This document shows, piece after piece, positions 57,729 through 64,000 of a DNA stretch of 64,000 nt (the first letter of the stretch is position 1; each line of letters opens with the position of its first letter). A program made the translations under genes and the position numbers. Under the pieces are notes generated by a model. It did no database searches. It was not told the origin of the DNA and was given only the letters and a program-made list of their open reading frames with translations. Where the stretch lies: positions 349,678-413,677 of the forward strand of contig BCKQ01000011.1 of the NCBI GenBank assembly GCA_001600695.1, in the 5' to 3' direction. This stretch comes from Ascoidea asiatica JCM 7603. Its lineage: Eukaryota; Fungi; Ascomycota.

Positions 57729-58874
57729 ATGAATGATTTTGCTTTATTGTTATTAATTACTTTATTAATTATTCTCCTAAGTTTGAATGAAAAATATCAG
57801 AATTTATTAACTCAAACAAATTTTAATAGAAAAATCTTAGATAAAAATAGTTCAATTAAAAAAGAGTCCAATTCAAAAGACTCTAGGTCAAAAGAGTTGG
57901 CACTAATTGAAGATAATATCTCATCATTTTCAACTTCAATAAAATTAAATTCTGATGAATCTAATATTAGTAATAAAAGTACTAACATCATTAAGCATAG
58001 AGAATTCAATAAAGATGAATTGAAATTTCAAATAAATGAAGTTTTGAAAAATGAAAGAATTGAATTAAGAAAATCTTTAACAAAGGATATATCCATAATC
58101 ATTAAAGATTTAATAAATAATAAAGATAATGATAAAAGAAATGAGATTTTGAAAATTGAAAAAGAAATTGAAGAAATTAAAATTTTAGAAAAAGAAAAAA
58201 TACATCATTCAAATTTAAAAATTGATAATGAAATTTTATTAAACAATTTTAAAAAAATTACTTTAGAAAATGAAAAAATTTTATCTGAATTAAATGAATC
58301 TAAAACTCAAAATAATTTTCTTTCAAAAACTTTAACAGAATCTAAAAATGAAAATGAATCTTTATTATTTAAATTAAATGAATCTAAAATTGAAATTAAT
58401 GAATTAAATAATCATATTAAATTATTAAATTATAAAATTTCTGATTTAACTTCTTTAATTAATACTAACAATAGTTTAAATGAAAATCCTTATTCAAATA
58501 TCAATGATATTGATATTTCTGATTTAAATAGTGATTCAAATCAAAATCATTTTTCATTATCTTCTTCAGATACTCTTATAGAAAATTCTTCAAATTTAAA
58601 CACTAATACAAAACCTAAACCAAATTTGAATATAAGTTTAAATTCAAATTTAAAATCATTTTCACTTCCAACTACTCATAATAATATTACAAAATATACT
58701 TCTGATAGTAATTATATAACTGTTCCAAACTCAATACAAAAAACTAATGATTCAAATATTTACCTTTTAAATTTTGATTTTCATGATTTTAAAAATATTA
58801 TTTGGAGTTTAAAAAAAGCCTTAAGTGATAGTCTTTGGCGAAGAAATGAAGCTTCAACTATTATTCAGGTTTAA
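57729..58874 (+). CDS. Hypothetical protein with an N-terminal TM/signal anchor and coiled coil
   Basis: 381-codon ORF, hydrophobic N-terminus and three L(N/T)ESK heptad-like repeats. Confidence 0.8.
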   Translation: MNDFALLLLITLLIILLSLNEKYQNLLTQTNFNRKILDKNSSIKKESNSKDSRSKELALIEDNISSFSTSIKLNSDESNISNKSTNIIKHREFNKDELKFQINEVLKNERIELRKSLTKDISIIIKDLINNKDNDKRNEILKIEKEIEEIKILEKEKIHHSNLKIDNEILLNNFKKITLENEKILSELNESKTQNNFLSKTLTESKNENESLLFKLNESKIEINELNNHIKLLNYKISDLTSLINTNNSLNENPYSNINDIDISDLNSDSNQNHFSLSSSDTLIENSSNLNTNTKPKPNLNISLNSNLKSFSLPTTHNNITKYTSDSNYITVPNSIQKTNDSNIYLLNFDFHDFKNIIWSLKKALSDSLWRRNEASTIIQV

Positions 58875-61416
58875 AAGAAATTTTTTTTATCTCTATAGAT
58901 TTGCTTTTATAAAAAATTTCATATAAAAAAACAAAAAAAATATCATTCATTGATATATAATTCAGTAGTAATAATAATAGTAATAATAATAATAATGGGT
59001 ATATGGTTATAATTTTACATTATTTTTATACCTTAAAATTGTCAATTTTTTTTTTTATAGTTCAAATTCAATTCTTCTTATTTAAAATAATTTTTAAATT
59101 TTCATTTTCAAACCATATACTTACTGTATTTACAGATAAATATACTTTGATTTTTTTTAAAAACCATTTATAGATATTTTCCCCTAATAGCGCATTAAGA
59201 TGTTTTTATAAATTTGTCTATACAACAATAAAATCATGTAGAGTGATAGAATTGCCATTTACTAGTTTTCAATTCATTTGAAATAAAAAAAAGTTTAAAA
59301 TTTTTATTCTAAAAGTATTCTTTTTATTTTGATTTTAGTTCGTTTATGAAAGCTGACCATTTTATTGGGGTACTATAATCATATACAATAATTCTGGAAT
59401 ATATATAGATTTCATTATTTGTTTCCAAATTAAGAAAAAAATTAAAGGGTTTTCAATTGAGTCTCATGTTTTGATTATATTACAATTATCTTGATCTCAT
59501 TCTATAATTATATTACAACTATCTTTCATATTTGCTTATTGTTTTTCTATGAAAGTTTTAAGATAAATTAAAAAAGTGAAAGCAATGGAAAATATTATAA
59601 CCATTGGATGATGGGATTTAACAACTCAATCAAAAAAGTAATACCTTATAATCACTAAAGTGAAAATTTTCATTCGAAGATATTTAAGATTGGGCTAAAT
59701 GAAACCCAAATTGTGCTTAAAGACGTCGGATTATGCAGGGTCTTGTTTTAGCTTGCGAATCCTTGTTGTTGATCCAAATTTGTGGAATTAGTCCCAAATT
59801 CCAAGGTATAAGCGATAGCCTACATAATGTATATTCCAAGATATAATATGTATTTAAGATATTCTTATCTACGAAACATCAATTAAAATAAATATTTGCT
59901 CATTGTAAATGAAGAACGAAATATTAAAAGTTCAAAAGATTAAAAAAATAATACTTTTATAACTTAAAGATTCTTTTGGAGAATAAGCACGTGAGGTAAA
60001 TTAATATTACGTCTGAAATCTTTTCAATATTCTTCAAAAGCACTTGACCAGCCCTAATTATTCTGCGCCAAGGCAAAGTATTTTGCCCTGTTAATACTAG
60101 TTGATGACTAAGAATTTATTTTATTTTTGAGGCTACTTGATCCTTCCTAATAACCGATAGCCTGTGTAAATGTTTTTCCGACGGAAATCTTCGGGAGAAA
60201 ATAATTTGGGAAACGAATCCAGTTCAAAATTCGGCCCAAACAAGACAGTGAAATAGTCAGAGAGGCCTTCTGTAAGAGTCCTCATGCATGATCATCGGAC
60301 TTTTTTTGTGAAAATAGGGTGAAATCGGAGCATTGAGCAGACCAATAGAAAACAGCCTCTGGACCCATCTTCGGAGAAGGCTTTTTAATCTGCGGGTTAC
60401 TAGTGACCCGCTTACTGTACCGTTAGAATGCAGTTCCAGGCAGGGTTTCCGGCTGTTTTTTTCAATGTGAAAAAATTGCAGTTTTTCATATGAATACAAA
60501 ATAAAACATCCAGTTCACTAAATTGTTTTACGGTATTTATCATTCATTCTTGACTAAAAATCATTTAATGTAAATCAAAAGGACTCGAGTAACAATACAG
60601 TAAAATTACTCTAGATTGACAAAATAACGTAATATTTTGATTTAGTACGAAAATAATGGTAATGATTATAATATTTAGTCCTCGTTTGATTGAAAACTGC
60701 TGTTCTTCGTCTGATATTCTTTGGGACCTGAAGTATGGGGTTGGATCATCACTGAGCATTTCAACTTGTTTTGTTTTTTGTTTGATTCAATTGATAGTTA
60801 TGATTTAAGAACAGGACTTTGATTAAGAATTTAAAGAAAGAATCAACGAGAATAAAAATCATGTTAAATAATTACTTTCTTACAATTGATTTTAAGTAAT
60901 GGATATTTGAGATAAAGAAAAACGTACATTCATAGTAAATTATTTAAAAAAAAAAAGATAAATAAAAAAGTAAGGATTAAAAATTAATCGATTTTTGTAA
61001 AGATTTAGTAATTAAAAATTGAAATTAACAAATAAAAAGTGAAAAAAACAAATAAAAGAGTTCAATGCATCATTATAAAAAAATGTACGATCATTTAAAT
61101 AAAAAAATTAAATAAGATAATTGAAAATTAATTAAACTTAAGAGTAAAACACAGAATATAGAATAAATTAAGTAGGAACTGTATTAGTTTATTTTTTTTT
61201 TGGTGGTCATTATTATTATAATCTTTTTGATAAATTCATTTTGAAAATGAATTTTGAACAAACATTAACTTAATGACTGAATATTTTTTAAAAGTCTACT
61301 AGTTTTGATAGTTGATTTTTTTTTAAAAGAAATGAAGTTGTAAAAATAAGAAATAAAAAAAGAGAAAATGATTGAAATATTAATGAAAGTTTTGAATTAA
61401 TTAATTTTAAAGATTT

Positions 61417-63401
61417 TTAAAAATTTATGAAATCAAAATCTAAGGAGCCATTACTTAAATTTAAATTATCATTATTTCCATCTTTATTATTATTGAATTC
61501 ATTAGACTCTCTTTCAATTTCTTTGAAAAAAGTGAAATCAATCATTTCATCATCATTATCATTAATTGAATCTCCAGGATCAATCATCGGTATATCAATT
61601 GGTGTACTAAATATATCATCGAAATCTATTATAGTTTCATTAATTCCATTTTTGGAATTATTATCATTAATATTATTGTTATTATTAATGTTATTGTTAT
61701 TATCATTGAAAGTATTGAAATTTGAAGTTAATTTTTCGAATGTATTTTTATCATTCAAATCATCATAATCATAATCATAGTCATATATTATTTCTTCTTC
61801 TTCAATTGGTTTAAGATCATTTGATGTCATTAAAATATCATTATCATTATCAATTTCAGACTCAACTTTAATATTGTTATTGTTATTAGTATTAGTTTTA
61901 TCAATTTTTTTGAAATTTAATTCATCATAATTGAGTACATTTTTATTATTAAGATTATAAAAAGCCATAGAATCTGGAATTGTATCAAAATGAAAATGAG
62001 CATCTAGATTAGAACTTATATTACTCATTGTTGTTTTTAAAGATAATGAATTATTTGAATTATTATTTGAATTACTTGTAGAAATTGTATTTGAAGATGT
62101 TAAACTTGGAGTATTTGAAATTGTATTTGAAATAAATGACATTGAATCTTCATAATGAGATCTTTTTCTAGTTATATGATTATGATTATTATTATTATTT
62201 ATATTAATATTTTCATCCATAATATCTGGAAATTGTGGTGAAGAAACTTGACTAGCATTGTTGCTAACATTATTACTGAAAATATCACTACTAATTGGAC
62301 TTGGAGTATTAATCGAATGAAATGAATGTAAACTATTACTTATATTTGAAGAATCATTATTAATGCTAATATTTTGATGAATATCATTTTGAATTTTATT
62401 ATTAATTTTATTTGAACCATTATCTAAATTGTTATTGTTCTTGGTATTATTGATATTAGAAATATTTGTTGGAGAAGAAATTTTAGGAGAATTATCATTT
62501 GATTCAGATAATTTAACTTGTTCTCTTAAGGATTTTAAATCATTTACTAATTTAGATAATTCTGATTTTAATTGAGAATTTTCTTGTTTAACTTTTTTCA
62601 AAGCATTTTCAATAACAAATAAATTATTATTACCATTGTTAACAGTAGTAGTATTAGTAGTATTGCTATTTGTATTAGAATTAGAATTTGTATTGATAAT
62701 TGGAATTTTAGTTGTATTGATAACAGTTGATTTTTTATTTGAGATTTTTGAAGAGAATTGTTTTAATTGAGATGGGTTTATGAAATTTTTATTTTCTAAT
62801 AAAGATTTTAAAGCAAAATTTAAAGCATCACCATCTAATTTATTATTGTTATTATTATTTGAAGAATTCGAATTTAAACTAGAAATATTTGTCTTAGTGT
62901 TAATACTATTGATATTATTATTGTTATTATTATTATTATTATTATTATTAATGACTATAGATTTATTCTTTGAAGATTTAGAACTTGCAGAATTTGAATC
63001 TTTTTTACTTTTTGATTCTCTTGGTTTTCTTTTTTTATTATTTAAATTTGAATTTGAATTTGAAGATGAGGAATTTGAAGAATTTGATGAAGAAGAATGA
63101 TGAGAAGGTTTTCTACCAGGTTTTGGTCTTGGAGGTAATACCCAATTCTTAGAAGTTCTAATACTTATAGTTGGTAATGAATTTGAATTTGAATTTGAAT
63201 TTAAATTTGAATTTTTTGGATCAAAATTTGAATTTAATTGACGACGTAAAAGTGGAGGAGTTTGAGTTGATTGTTGTAAACGAGTTATAACTGTTAAAGG
63301 AAAAAAAAAAAAAAAATTAAGTTAGTAAATATTTTATTTAAAGAAGGATATAAGGATAAAAATAAGGGATTTAATAATAGGTACATACGATTTGAAGACA
63401 T
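61417..63401 (-). CDS. Hap4-like CCAAT-complex regulator, spliced: complement(join(61417..63290,63389..63401)), 628 aa
   Basis: The Hap4L motif TSKNWVLPPRPKPGRKP at 63106-63156 is in frame with the 61417 stop. The intron has GTATGT (63388), TACTAAC (63327-63321) and CAG (63291). A coiled coil and an acidic/Phe-rich tail follow. Confidence 0.88.
63291..63388 (-). other. Spliceosomal intron (98 nt) of the Hap4-like gene
   Basis: Canonical GTATGT / TACTAAC / polyT-CAG; joins MSSN-L-ITR in frame. Confidence 0.9.
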
Positions 63402-64000
63402 TTTTTTTGTAAAATAGAAGAGAATATAGTAATATGAATATATAAAATTGAGATAAGTGATATTGTAATTGTAATTGAAATTGAAATTTAAATTGAAATT
63501 GAAATTGTAAAAGAAGTAAAATAATTGATTATAGTATAAGATTATTTATAATAAAATTCATTATATTTATAATAATAATAGTAATAATAAGGAGTTGAAT
63601 TATATTATTATTATGTTATGTATATATAAATAAAAAGAATAAGTATATGTTTATATATTTATATATTTATAAGAATTTTTTTTAAAATTGAATGTAAAAT
63701 TGGTCAGTTAATAAATCTTAAATTTAAAATAATAATTTAAATTGTATAGAAGGAAATTTATTACTAATTTTTGAAATGAAATTTTTAAAATAATACGGTG
63801 AATTTTTTTTTTTAAAAAATTTTACTTTTTTAGTACTTGTTTTTTATTGATTAATTTGTAATTGAGATTTGATTATTGAAATGTGATTACTGAAATTTGT
63901 ATTTTAATTAATTGATTTAATTTGAATGTTTTTTTTTTTTAAATTGATTTAATATAATTTTTTTTATTAATTTATATTTTGATTTATAATTTAATGAATA

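Noticed and set aside
61427-63100. Plus-strand ORFs over the Hap4-like gene, and similar shadow ORFs over other genes
   Set aside because: Antisense or off-frame shadows of low-complexity coding sequence.

Overview
This is an extremely AT-rich budding-yeast (Saccharomycotina) chromosomal segment; the species cannot be fixed from sequence alone. It holds about 24 protein genes, in order: 3' part of ZRG17-like CDF, M1 aminopeptidase, HSF-domain (Mga1/Sfl-type) factor, divergent VCX1-like exchanger, ATP16, LSM7 (spliced), EOS1, ALB1, CDC13-like, RPE1, secreted CBM1-GH45 endoglucanase, ADH, F-box-like protein, divergent H2B/H2A pair, ENV9, LEM3, a small Spo24-like ORF, an Asn/Ser-rich orphan, a YNL190W/PGA14-type repeat wall protein, SSO, SSE1, ZRC1/COT1, a TM/coiled-coil orphan and a spliced Hap4-like factor. 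The ORF track misses or truncates LSM7 and the Hap4-like gene because of introns. I found no tRNA, rRNA, CRISPR or recognisable transposon. The most notable observations are: (1) a cellulase, rare in yeasts, sharing a divergent promoter with Mig1/Adr1-like sites with ADH; (2) an H2A with Glu at the normally conserved methylated Q105, paired with a slightly divergent H2B; (3) a phased array of seven bZIP (Yap-type) sites at about 12-bp period between ATP16 and LSM7; (4) GC-rich promoter islands in a genome whose coding DNA is far more AT-rich; (5) two GC-rich or structured segments in convergent gaps with no gene to explain them. Family assignments rest on recalled motifs, not database searches.
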